Of a stretch of DNA of 64,000 bases, positions 1 to 12,600 are shown piece after piece. Each line of letters starts with the position of its first letter. Within the stretch, counting starts at the first letter, position 1. A program made the translations under genes and the position numbers. Where the stretch lies: NCBI RefSeq assembly GCF_030028105.1, contig NC_092395.1, positions 1,512,057-1,576,056 of the forward strand. The letters are read 5' to 3'. Origin of the DNA: Mobula birostris. Its lineage: Eukaryota. Below the pieces are notes generated by a model that was given only the letters and a program-made list of their open reading frames with translations, was not told where the DNA came from and ran no database searches.

Positions 1-260
1 TCATTTCCGGGGACTCTGTGGTTCATGTTCTCTGTGTTATTTCTTAATTTTTTATTATTGTTTGCACGATTTGTTCTTTTTTTGCACATTGGATGTTTGT
101 TGTCATTGTTGTGTGGGGGTTTTCATGGATTCGATCGTGTTTATTTTGTGCCTGCCTGCAAGAAAATGAAGCTCAGGATTGACACAGTATACATACTTAG
201 ATAATAAATTTACTTTCAACTTTGACCCGGCATACAGGTTTAATACTTGGTCTCTTAGAA

Positions 261-533
261 CAGTGGTCCCCACCCTCTGGGCCACGAAGCATGCAGGGGT
301 GCAGCAGTAGCCGGAACGCACCCAGCACATCTTTAAGAAAAAAGCTGAAATAAATAAGCTAATTAATTAGGTGTCACCCAGTCATCCTCTGATCTGGGCC
401 GACATTTACGTGCAGGGCGGCACCTAATTAATTAGCTTGTTTATTTCAGCTTTTTTCTTAAAGATGTGCTGGGTGCGTCCCGGCTACTGCTGCACCCCTG
501 CATGCTTCGCGGCCCGGTAGTTGGGGACCACTG
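261..533. mobile_element. hAT-superfamily MITE (273 bp, almost fully palindromic)
   Basis: Ends CAGTGGTCCCC...GGGGACCACTG, inverted arms of about 110 bp, 8-bp TSD TCTTAGAA at 253-260 and 534-541. Confidence 0.9.
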
Positions 534-713
534 TCTTAGAACACATTCCAATAATTAACCCACCACAGACATCAGGCTCAACAGTCTACAATTTCCTAGC
601 TAATTCTTAGAGCCTTTCTTGAACAACAGAACAACATTGGTTTTCCTCCAATCCTCTGGTACCTCACCCATGGCCAAAAATGATTCAAATACCTCTGCAA
701 TTTCTGCACTAAC

Positions 714-1152
714 CGGGGCCGGGGTCGAAGCGCTCGGCAGAGATGGTGCTTGGTGTCAGAGGGCTGGTCGGAGGCTCGAAGTTTTCGGACAGATTCAAGA
801 GAAAACTGTGGTCGGGTGCTTCCAGGGTGCTGCATCGGCAAGTTTGTGGCGCTGGAGGTTCATGGCAGGGAGAGTTTTTCTTCCTTCTACTGTCTGCATG
901 AGATGATGGGACTTTTGAGAGACTTTTGAGACTTTTTTTTTACCATGCCCATGGTCTATTCTTTATCAAATTATGGTATTGCTTTGCACTGTTGTAACTA
1001 TATGTTATAATTATGTGTTTTTTGTCAGTTTTTCAGTTTTTGTTTGTCTTGTGTTTCTGTGGTATCATACTGGAGGAACATTGTATCATTTCTTAATGCA
1101 TGCATTATTAAATGATACAAGTTATATGTGTGTCCTCATAATCTAATCTAAC
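714..1152 (+). mobile_element. Non-LTR element 3' fragment with (AATCT)n tail, nested in a CR1 fragment (about 540-1310, minus strand)
   Basis: The CR1-like sequence gcaatttctgcact...cctcccacaggtcc is split by the insert; GC-rich 5' part, T-rich 3' part, tandem tail. Confidence 0.5.
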
Positions 1153-1309
1153 CTCCCACAGGTCCAAGGGAACACCTTGTCAGGCCCTGGTGATTTATCC
1201 ACCCTAATTTGCCTCAAGACAGCAAGCACCACCTCCTCTGTCATCTGTATCGTGTCTATGACCTCACCGCTTTTTTGCCTCAGTTCTATAGACTCTGTGT
1301 CCTGTGTCC

Positions 1310-1556
1310 AGTAAAGGAGGAGGTGCGTGTGAATCTTTGCCTCACCTGGTTACCTGGAAGGGCAGTTTATGGCCCTCGGCACAGGAGGTGTGTGTGAATC
1401 TTTGCCTCACCTGGAAGGGCTGTTCATATCCCTGGACACAGGAGGAGGTTTGTGAGAATCTTTGCCTCACGTGGAAGGGCTTTTTATGTCCCTCGACTAC
1501 CTTAGCCGTATCTGAAAGAGCTGTTCATGTCCCTGGACTCAGGAAGTGTGTGTGAC
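1310..1556 (-). repeat. Degenerate ~60-bp tandem repeat (3-4 copies) derived from a Penelope-like GIY-YIG segment
   Basis: gaatctttgcctcac[c/g]tgg x3; minus strand reads QPFQVRQRFTHTS, resembling the region just before the GIY-YIG motif of fish PLEs. Confidence 0.55.
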
Positions 1557-2679
1557 TGTGTGTTTTTTCCTCCAGATGCTCCAGTTTCCTCTCTGATTCC
1601 AAAGATGCACAGTTATTACGTTAATTGATCATTGTAAATTATGATTTAAATTATAAACTGCGGTTAGGCTAGGGTTGCTGGGCAGCATGTTCTATGCTGT
1701 ATTTTGAAATAAATGAGCACTTTTCATACAGATAATGTAGTTCAATTACTTTACAATGGGTCAAGGTACAACCACGAAAATCAATTAAAAATAAAAACAA
1801 ACATGAAAATAAAAGACAAAAAGATGTAAGAGCAAGGTTGAATAATGCATCATGAAGGACCCCATCCACTCTGCTCATGGACTGTCTGTCCCATTCCCAT
1901 CAGGGAGGCGACTGCATAGCATTCACGCCAGGACCACCTCAGTCAAAAATAGTCTCTCTCCCCAAGCAGTAAGGCTGATCAACACTTCCACCCACTAATC
2001 CACCCACTACACCTCCAACCAACACTACTTTATCATTTCCTGTCAGTTATCTTATGTACAGACACTTCTATGATTAGTGTCAATTTATGGACATAAATCA
2101 ATGTATATAAGCTATCTTAGGTAGCTATATTTATTGTGTTTTTTATTATTATTGTTTTCTTTATCTTATAGTGTTTTTTTGTGCTTCATCAGATCCAGAG
2201 TAACAATTATTTTGTTCTCCTTTACACCTGTGTACTAGAAATGACATTGAACAAGGGGTTCCCAACTTGGGGTCCATGGACCCCTCGGTTAATGGTAGGC
2301 ATCCACATCATACAAAAGGATGGGAACCCCTGTATTAAACAATCTTTGAATTTTGAAAGAGTTGAGGAATGGTACCAGAGAAGGTATCCAGTCCCATCAC
2401 TACCCCTTCTCTTTATACCGGCTATCTCATTTCTCAGTCCTGATGCACAGCTTCTACCCGAAACATTGACAATTCTCCTACCCCGTAGATCCACCAAGTT
2501 CCTCTGCCATGCAGATTCCAGCATCTGTATTTCCCCGTGTCTGCAGCTCAGACCACACTTGTGCAGTGCTGGTTGCCCCATTACGGGATGGGATGGGTGT
2601 GGAGGCTTTGGAGAGAGTGCAGAAGAGATTTCCCTAGGATGAGCTACAAGGAGAGGTTGGATGAGCACGGATTGATTTA

Positions 2680-4635
2680 CAGTTGTGAGAAAAAGTTTGT
2701 GAACCTTTTGCAATTACCTGGTTTTCTGCACTAATCACTCAAAGTGTGGTTAATCTTAATCTTCGTCACAATAGTAGACAAACACAATCTGCCTAAACTA
2801 ATAACACACAAACAATTGTACTTTTCATATATTTTTTGTTTAATAATTCACAGCCCAGGCTGGAAAAAGTAGGAACCCTTGTGTTTAATAACTGGCATTT
2901 TGGTTGTCCGTCAAATGGAACCACAGGTGACAGCTGGGTGGCAGGTGGGGACCAAAGGTGTATGAACTGTCCCTGGGCAGAGCAGGGCGGAGGTGCAACC
3001 CCTCTCTGGACACCCCATACATCGCTGGTAGCAACTCCTGTAGCAGGAATAACCTCCATCAAACATCCCCTGTAGCTGCTGATCAGACTTGTACAACACC
3101 AAGAGGGAATTTTAGGCCATTCCTCCATACAAAACTGTTTCAGTTCATCAGCAGTCCTGGGATACGTTGCATGAACAGCCCTATTCAGGTCATGCCACAG
3201 CACCTCAATTAGATTAAGGTCTGCGCCCTGAATTGGCCTTTCCAAAACATGGATTTTCTTCTTTTTAAACCATTCTGTTGTTAACTCTTGTGTTTCAGGT
3301 TATTGTCTTGTTGCAACATCCAGGTTCTATTAAACTTATGGTGATGGACTGCTACCCTGACATTCTCCTGTAAAATGTCTGATAGAATTTTGAATTCATT
3401 GTTCTCTAACAACTGCAAGTTCTCCAGGCTCTGAGGCAGCAAAGCAGCCCCAAACTATAATGTTTCTTCCACCATGCTTCACAGTTGGGATGAGGTTTTG
3501 GTGTTAGCGTGCAGTGTCCTTTTTCCTCCAAACATAGCAGTGTGCATTTCTGCCAAAACGTTCATCTTTAATCTCATCTGTCCACAGAACATTATCCCAG
3601 AAAAATGTGGAGCATCCAGGTGGTCTTTTGCAAACTTAAGACATGTAGTAATTTTTTTTGGACATCAGTGGTTTCTTCCATGGTGTCCTAACAAGAAAAC
3701 CATTCTTATTCCGTGTTTTGCTTATACGGACACATGAACAGAGACTTTAGCAAGTTCTAGAGATTAATGCAGGTCTTCTGCTGTTACCCTTGGGTTCTTT
3801 TTAAGTCCTTCAGCATTGCACATTGTGTTCTTAGTGTTATCTTGGCAGGATGCCCACTCCAAGGAGAGTAGCAACAGTACGGAGTTTCCTCCATTTGTAG
3901 ACAATTTCTCTTACCATGGACTGATGAACACTCAGGTCTTTAGAAATGCTTTTGTAGCCTTTTCCAGCTTCATGCATCTCTACAATTCTTCTTCTAAGGT
4001 TCTTTGTTTTGATCGAGGCATGATGCATGTAAACAGATCTTCCTTGAAAAGACGCAAACACGAGGAAATCTGCAGATGCTGGAATTTCAAGCAACACACA
4101 TAAAAGTTGCTGGTGAACACAGCAGGCCAGGCAGCATCTCTAGGAAGAGGTACAGTTGATGTTTCGGGCCGAGACCCTTCGTCAGGCCAATTCTCTGGAT
4201 TCTTTCAAGAAAGAGTTAGATAGAGCTCTTAAAGATAGCAGAGTGAAGGGATATGGGGAGAAGGCAGGAAAAGGGTATGATTGTGGATGATCAGCCATGA
4301 TCACAGTGAATGGTGGTGCTGGCTCAAAGGGCTGAATGGCCTACTCCTGCACCTACTGTCTATTGTCTATTGTCATTCAGTAGAACACCTGACTCCAAAT
4401 AGCTCCTGTAGAAGACATTACCCTAGAGGTTCACATACTTTTTGAACCTAGACTGTGATTGTTTAATTGGCGTACTCAGTATTAACGAGAAGTAGCACAA
4501 TTGTTTGTGTGGTATTAGTTGCAGATTGTGTTTGTCTATTATTGTGACTTAGTTGAAATCAGACCATATTTTATGCATAATTAATGCAGAAAACCAAGTA
4601 ATTGCAAAGGGTTCACAAACTTTTTCTTGCAACTG
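2680..4635 (-). mobile_element. Degenerate Tc1-family DNA transposon with long TIRs, inserted in a CR1 fragment
   Basis: TA|CAGTTG...CAACTG|TA ends, inverted repeats of about 200 bp; transposase remnants RRRIVEMHEAGKGYKSISKDL (3837-4097) and DLNLIEVLWHDLNRAV...EEWPKIP (2793-3245). Confidence 0.9.
4051..4186 (-). mobile_element. Penelope-derived repeat arm with minimal hammerhead-ribozyme motif (best-preserved core in the window)
   Basis: Minus strand CTGACGA-AGGGTCTCGGCCC-GAAAC-ATC; related arms at about 8765, 9745, 17080, 29140, 31185, 33495, 48370, 49485, 51125, 59135 and 60105. Confidence 0.6.
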
Positions 4636-6431
4636 TATCTGGAGTGTTGATGATGCAGAGTCACCTGACAGAAGCACATAAGATTATAAGAGTCATTGGA
4701 GAAGGCTGACAAGAATGATTCCAGGAATTAAAAGGTTAACATATGAGGAGCGTTTGATGTCTCTGAGCCTGTACTCACTGGAGTTTAGAAGAATGAAGAG
4801 AAGATCTCATTGAAACCTGTCGAATATTGAAAGGCCGCACCAACATAGACATGGAAAGGATGTTTCTCCTAGTGGAGGAGTCTAGGACCAGGGGCACAGC
4901 CTCAGCATAAAAGGACACCAATTTAGAATAGAGATGATGAGGAATGTCTTTAGCCAGAGGGTGTATTTAAAGCAGATATCGATAGATTCTTGATTAGTCA
5001 GAGCTTCAAAGGTTACAGGATAGGGAAAAGGCAGGGGAAGGGGGTTGAGAGGGTTAAGTCAGCCATGATGGAATGGCGGAGCAGACTTGATGGGCGGAAT
5101 AGCCTAATTCTGCTCCCAAGTCTTATGGCACAATGCTCTTTTTTGGATGGAAATGTCAAATATTGGAGAGCAGAGGTTTTACATGGGTGGGGAATGTTCA
5201 AGGAAGGTACAGGAGGAACATTTAAGGGAGATGTTAAGGGGGAAGATTGTTTTTAAAAACACAGATTGGTGGATGCCTGAAACATTCTGCCGTGGGAGGT
5301 GGTGGAAGCAAATATGAGAGCGATATTTAAGAGGTATTTAAGGAAAGCATGTAAACAGGCAGGGAATGGAGGGATATGGGCCATGTGCAGGTAAGTGGGG
5401 TTAATTTAAACATAAGAGATTCCACAGATGCTGGAAATCCGAAGAAACGCACACAAAATGCTGGAGGAACTCATAGCCTCCAGATGAGTTTATATTGGCA
5501 TCATGGACAGGTTAAGACATGGTGGTCAAAGACATTAGTATAATGCCAGTGAATGCTGTTCGATTCCTATCGTTGTCAGCAAGGAGTGGGTTTCCTCCTA
5601 TATTCCAAAGACATATAGGGTTAGTAAGTTGTATTGACGCTGGATGTGTGGCAACACTTGTGGGTGGCTCCCAGCACATGCTCAGATGGTGTACACTGTT
5701 GACACAAAACATTTCACCGTACATGTGACAAAGAAAACTGATCTTTCTTTAAATCCCTGATTCTGTAACATTAACCAACAGCCCGAATCACTACAATTAA
5801 CATTAAAATCTCCAAAGCACTTCACAGACCAGCAAACAGGATCACATAGCGATCAGTCTGTGCACAGTGGCGGCAGGCTAGGAAAAAGGGACTGGTACCT
5901 ATCAGCTGGCAAGTTTAATGCCAGGCATGATAGTGGATATACTTCATTAGGCAACTGAGGAGACCAGGTATGTCCCCAAAGACTCTCACAAATTTCAACA
6001 GATGTACTGTGGAGAGCATTCTAACTGGTTACATTACTGTCTGATATGGAGGGGCCACTGCACAGGATCAGAAAAGGCTGCAGAAAGTTGTAAACTCGGC
6101 CAGCTCCATGATGGGCACTAGCCTCCCCAGCATCGACACCTTCAAAAGGCAATGCCTGAAAAGGGTGGCACCCATCATTAAAGATGCCATCACCTCTGTT
6201 CTCATTGCTACCATCAAGGAGGCGGCACAGGAGCCTGAAGACACGCACTCAATATTCTAGGAACAGCTTGCTCTCTGACAGATTTCTGAATAGACAATGA
6301 TCCCATACACGCTATCTCACCACTTTTCTTTCCTCACTTTTTGCACCACTCATTTAAATTCTTTTTGATATACTTAATGTAATTTGTTTTTTTATTATGT
6401 ATTGCAATGCACTGCTGCTGCAAAAACAACA

Positions 6432-8730
6432 GAGTCATAGTGAAATACAGCACAGAAACAGGCCCTTTGGCCCATCTAGTCCATGCTGGAACCATTTAAA
6501 CCGCCTACTCCCAATGACCTGCACAGGGACCAAAGCCCTCCATACCCCTACCATCCACGTACCTATCCAAACTTCTCTTATACGTTGAAATCGAGCTCGC
6601 ATGGACCACTTGTGCTGGCAGCTCATTTCACACTCACGACCCTCTGAGTGAAGAAGTTTCCCCTCATGTTCCCCATAAATTTCTCACCTTATACACTCAA
6701 GCCATGACCTCTCATTGTAGTCCCACAATTTATGTACCTGTATTCCGAGATCCCTTTGTTTCACCACACTCCTCAGTGCCCTACCGTTTACTGTGTTCGT
6801 CCTGTCTGCAATAAATTCCACCTGTCACTAACTATTCAGCCCATTTTTCCAGCTGGTCCAAGTCCCTCTGCAAGCCGTGATAGTCTTTCTCACTGTCCAC
6901 TACACCCCCAATCTTGGTGCCATCTGCAAATTTGCTGATCCAGTTAACTACTTTATCATCCAGATCACTGAAATAAATAACAAACAAAGGATCCTGCATC
7001 GATCCCTGTGGCAAGCCACTCGTCACAGGCCTCCAGTCAGACAGGCAACCCTCTGGCTTCTCCCACAAAGCCAGTGTCTAATCCAATTTACCACCTCATC
7101 TTGAATGCTGAGCGACTGAACCTTCCTCAGCAGTCTCCCATGCGGGACCTTGTCAAACGCCTTGCTAAAGCCCATGTAGACAACATACACTGTTTTGCCT
7201 TCATCCACTTTCCTGGTAACTTCCTCAATAAACTCTATATTGATTGGACAGACACGACCTACCACGCACAAAGCCATGCTTGCTACTCTTAATCTGTCCA
7301 GTACTATCAAAACACTTATATATCTGATCCTTTAGAATACCCTCCAATAACTTTCCTACAACTGATGTCAGACCCACCGGCCTATAATTTCCTGGTTTCT
7401 GTTTCGAGCCTTTTTTAAACAGCGGAATAACATTGGCTATCCTCCAACCCTCTGGTACCTCTCCTGCTGCCAAGAATGTTTTAAATATTTCTGCTAGGGC
7501 CCCGGCAATTCCTTCACTTGCCTCCCGTAGGGTCCGAGGGAATACCTTGTCAGGTCCACCCTGATTTGCCTCAGTGTAGCAAACACCTCCTCCTCCTCTG
7601 CAATCTATACAGTGTTCATGAAATTGATGCTGCTTAGCCTTACTTCTATTGACTCTGTACCCATCACCCAAGTAAATACAGATGTAAATGTAATGGCTTC
7701 TCTGTAATGTTAGCTGCTGAGGTAATGGTTTTTTAGGGCAGCGATGTTTGATAACGGGTGGCTAACCAATGCGAGACATGTCATTCTTTCTTGTATGTCT
7801 GAGCGTGGGGTTTCTCGCAGGGTTTTCGGTTGAGGAGGAATGAGAGGAAGGACGTGTGTGGAGAGCGGGCAGACTACCGGATGGTGGAGACGGGAATCCG
7901 AGGGTCCGAGTGTCGGCGGCGTTTTCGGCAGAGGTTGTTTAGTGGAGGAATACCTGTTGCGTGAGCTCCAACAATTTAATGTGCACGAACTATTTTATTA
8001 AAAGTGGTGCCTTTTTCTTTATATTCTGTTTCTCTACTAACCACATAGCCAAAGTAAGAATTATAAAGTGTAATCATTTAATCGCATATTGTGTACTGTC
8101 TGATATGTTACATTGTGGGTTTCCACACAAACATGATTACACCTTTTGGCGGGGCAGACGGCAGTAAACGAAGGTGAGTTAATCGAGCCTGAGAATGCAT
8201 TTAAGATCTTACCCATCTGTTTTGGCTCCACACATGGATTACCATTCTGGTCTTCCAGAGAACCAATTTTGCCCCTAACAATCCTTTTGCTCTCAACATA
8301 CCTGTAGAACCCCTTACGATTCCCCTTCACCTTTTCCACTAGAGCAACTTCATGCCTTCTTTTAGCCTTCTTGATTTCTTTCTTAAGTGCTCTCTTTCAT
8401 TTCTTCTACTCTATAAGCACCTCATTTGTTCCTCTTGGCTATACACTTCCTTTTTTCTCTTAACCAGGGACTCAATATCTCTTGAAAACCAAGTTCCTCT
8501 ACACGTGTTATGTTTACCTTTTATTCTGATAGGCACATACAAGCTTTGTACTCTCAAAATTTCACTTTTGAAGGCCTCCCACTTATTAAGTACGTCTTTG
8601 CCAGAAAACATCCTGTCTCAATCCACACTTCCCTGATCATTTCTGATACCATCAAAATTTACCTTTCTCCAATTTAGAACCCAGACCTATCTCTTTGCAG
8701 ATTTACTTTGAAACTAATGACATATGCCAG
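6432..8730 (-). mobile_element. Fragmented CR1 LINE (ORF2 remnants and 3' end)
   Basis: PGNYRPVGLTSVVGKLLE, FSKAFDKVPH, VTSGLPQGS, ISKFAD fragments. Confidence 0.85.
7689..8193 (+). mobile_element. LTR-like insertion nested in CR1
   Basis: CR1 flanks join across it; TGTAAT (7689)...ATTACA (8141) inverted termini; CCAAT and ATTAAA inside; about 50 nt extra containing tttggcgggg. Confidence 0.5.
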
Positions 8731-9393
8731 TGATATTAAAATTGATTCTGATTCTATGGTCACACACAAGAGAAAATCTGCAGGTGCTGGAAATACAAGC
8801 AACACACACAAAATACTGAAGGGTGTCGGCCTTAAACATCGACTGTACTCTTTTCCATAGATGCTGCCCAGCCTGATGAGTTCCTCCAGCACTTGGTGTG
8901 GGTAGCTCTGATTCTAAGGTGTTAGGTGACTGCAAGAGAGAAACTCTTAAGTACGGTGTTAAAAGCTTTAATAGACACATGTGGAAGGAAGTTATCTTGA
9001 AACGTTTTCCACTCTGCTACTGTACCTCCATGGACAGCACAGTGCAGGTGGGTCACAGAACAATGGAATATCCAAACTATATTACCTGCCGCACTGAGGG
9101 AACGTTCAGATCTGTTAACTCTCAGTAGAAATTGTTGGGTGAAATGCCTCCTCGTCGTGTGTCCTTCTATCTCTCTGCCTCTCTTCAGTGGAGTCGAGGG
9201 TAAGGGGATGTAGGGGAGTGGAGACTGTTCAAATTTTAACTCATTGTAATGATGCAATCACCCCAGAGATGCCCCAGTTTAACTCAAATCACATCTCAGA
9301 TGGTCAGTGAGAAGCACTGGATAAACCAGCAATGAATATCTGAGCCGAGGGGGTTAATGTCTTGGCCGATTCCAGTGTGATCTCTGGGAGAGA

Positions 9394-9606
9394 TTAACGG
9401 GAGATGTCGCCTTTCTGTCCTGTCCAGAGCTCCCGAAGCTCCAAGTTGCAGCCGAGGTCTCTCAGGGCAGCTTTGGCCAGGTCCTCACAGTCCTGGTGCG
9501 TGGCCTTGGCCTGTCGTATCAGCACCTCTGCTCCCAACTCAAGGATCGACTGTGAAAAGTCAGGTTTCCGTGCCACCAGGTTCCGCAGCAGCATGCAAGC
9601 CTGCTT
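9394..9606 (-). CDS. ARMC6: ARMC6 last coding exon
   Basis: [70 protein letters not shown]-stop; cctcttcgcag| acceptor. Confidence 0.93.
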   Translation of the reverse strand, partial: KQACMLLRNLVARKPDFSQSILELGAEVLIRQAKATHQDCEDLAKAALRDLGCNLELRELWTGQKGDISR

Positions 9607-12600
9607 CTGCGAAGAGGACAGGTTGGTCAGTCTCGATGCTGCTCCCGGAATGGAGTCGTCCTACCCCTCCTGCAGAATGTGCATTCAACAGCCCCATTCT
9701 CTCCAATGCCAGCATCAAACACCCCCAACAATATTCTCCCAATAAAATACAGAAAATGCTGGGGAAATCAGCAAGTCAAGCACCATCTATGGACGGGAAT
9801 AAACTGTCAACGCTTTGGGCTAAGACCCATCATCAGAACTGAAAAGTTGAGCTGCCAGATGAAGTGGTAAATGCAGGCTCAGTTTTAACATTTAAGAAAA
9901 ACTTGGACAGGTACATGGATGAGAGGTGTATGGAGGGATATGGTCCAGGTGCAGGTCAGTGGGACTAGGCAGAAAAATGGTTCGGCACAGCCAAGAAGGG
10001 CCAAAAGGCCTATTTCTGTGCTGTAATGCTGTATGGTTCTATGGTTCTATTCCTCTCCGTAGATGCTGCCTGACCTGCTGAGTTCCTTCAGCATTTCTGT
10101 GTGTTGCTCTGGATATCCAGAATCTTTTGTATTTATAATGCTCTCCTACTCCATTATCCACGCCTTAAATCTCACACCTCCCAATTACATTCCCCCACTA
10201 ATCACCAACATCCTTTCATTCCCTCATCAGGAAGGAGGCTACATAGCATCCACACCAGGCCCACCAGACTCAAAAAAAGTTACTTTCCCCAAGCAGTAAG
10301 ACTGATCAACACCTCCACCCACTAACCCACCCCTCCACACCCCCAACCACCACTACTTTATCATTTCCTGTCAGTCACCTTATGGACAGACACTCCTGTG
10401 CCTAGCATCACTTTCATGGACCTAAAATCAATATATGTGTATACGCTATATAAAGTATTTACAATATATTGTGTTTTTTAACTATTATTCTATTCTTAAT
10501 TTATTGTGTTTTTTTGTGCTGCATTGTATCTGGAGTAACAATTATTTTGTTCTTACACTTGTGTACTGGAAATGACATTAAACAACCTCAGGCCTCACCT
10601 GCACGTTCACTTCAGCCAGGTGGGATTTCATCGCCTGCAGTGTCAGAAACGCACCCCCAGCCTCCATGATCACCCGGCAATTCTCCGGCTTCCGCAGGGC
10701 AAGCATGCTCAAGGCTGCGCAGCCCTGCTCACACACCTGTAGGAAGAGAGGAAAGAGTGGTGACTGGATCTCATCTCCTTTGCCATGGTAGCAACGCCAG
10801 CCACAGCATGGATTTCAACTCAGATCCTGCTCCTTCCAACTTTCCAAATCAGCACACGGAACAATCCATACCAGGGATGATTGATATCAGATACCAGGGA
10901 CAGCCGATATCAGAGACCTTTCACCCATACCAGGGACCCCATATCCATACCAGGGACAGCCAAACCAGAGACCTCACACCCACACCAGGGACAACAGATA
11001 ACAGCCCAACAACCCATATGCATTTGGGATGTGGGAAGAAACTGGAGCAACAGCAGAGAACTGATGCAGTCACGGAAAACATGCAAAATCCACAGAGAAA
11101 GCAGAAGAGATCAGGATTGAAACTGTTTGGCTCGAATGGTGAAGTACAACTCCACCAGCAATGTCACTATGCTGGTCTTCATTAGAAAAGATGTTTGGCT
11201 TTTAAGGAAAATCAGGTGAGGGTTGTAAATTGGAATTAATTACCAACTGACGGTGATACCAGCAAGGAAAGCAAATTAATTTGAAAAACATTACGTAGCT
11301 ACCGAGGAAGGTGAGAGTGGTGGAGATTGTTGGTACAATGGTAATTCTAGATGTTTCTACAGTGTATATAATCCTAGGAAAGTTTCTGTGGTGGCGTGCA
11401 AATACCTTTCAACCTCAGCATCTTCAGAAATTACTTATTAAACTGTATAGCCCATAACATGCAGTCCAGGATTAGAATATAGACCACTTCAAACCAGTAC
11501 AGGCCCCTTGACCCACAATGTAGTGCCAACCCTTTAACAAACTCCAAGATCAATCCGCTTACACAGCAGCCAGTGTCCTCTCCAGTCTGAGGGAGCAGAG
11601 ACACAGGCCATAAGAGCAATGTGAAAGTGAATTCATAGACCATGGAGAAATGTCAAAGACTAATGAGGAATGTCACAGTTGATAATAATGGAGTATTAAC
11701 GGAAATGGCACAGTAATATAGCCATTAGTGTAACATTATTACAGTGCCAGCAATCAGGATTCAATTCCCGCCGCTGACTGCAAGGATGTTATACATTCTT
11801 CCCATGACTACATGGCTTTCCTCCCACATTCCACCAAGACCTACATGTCAGGGTTAGTAAGCTGTGGGCATACTATGTTGGCAATAGAAGTATGGCTGCT
11901 CCCAGCACATCTGCGGCTGTGTTAGCCACTGACGCAAATGACACATTTCACTGTATGTTTCAATCTTTCAATGTACAAGTAACAAATAAAAGATCATCTT
12001 TAATTTCTTGGAATCCTGAAGCAGTGAATTGGCCATTTGGAGTATGAAGTGATATTGCTAATTAAGGTTTTGTAAATCTTGATATACAAAATATGCAATT
12101 TAATGTTAAAAAATCTAAAAAGTTTAAAGTTTTGCCTGAATTTGCTGATTCCACAGGAGTAAAGAAAGATGAAATTTCAACATAGCTCATTACTGCCACC
12201 CACTGTTCACAGAGGGTAAGCTCATGTTAACATAAGAAACCCCAGTGGGTTGTTCCTTGAACTGAACTTTCACTGGAGGAAATCTGACATTAACTGTGAC
12301 AGATAATAATTCTGTTTATTGCGAGACAAGTTTTAACATCATAGATAGGTACAGATAGAGAAAAATGCTTATTTATTTATTCTTCTATATTATGCATTGC
12401 ATTGAACTGCTGCTGCTAAGTTAATGAATTTCAGGAAACATCAGAATCAGGTTTATTATCACTGGCATGTAACATGAAATTTGTTAACTTAGCAGCAGCA
12501 GTTCAATGCAATACATAATATAGAAGAGGAAAAAAAAAAGTAAATCAATTTGTATATTGAACAGATTTTAAACCACGTGCAAAAACAGAAATACTGTATG

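Noticed and set aside
8967-8973. ATTAAA on the minus strand as the ARMC6 polyA signal
   Set aside because: Plausible (about 420-nt 3' UTR), but a variant hexamer alone is not enough without transcript data.
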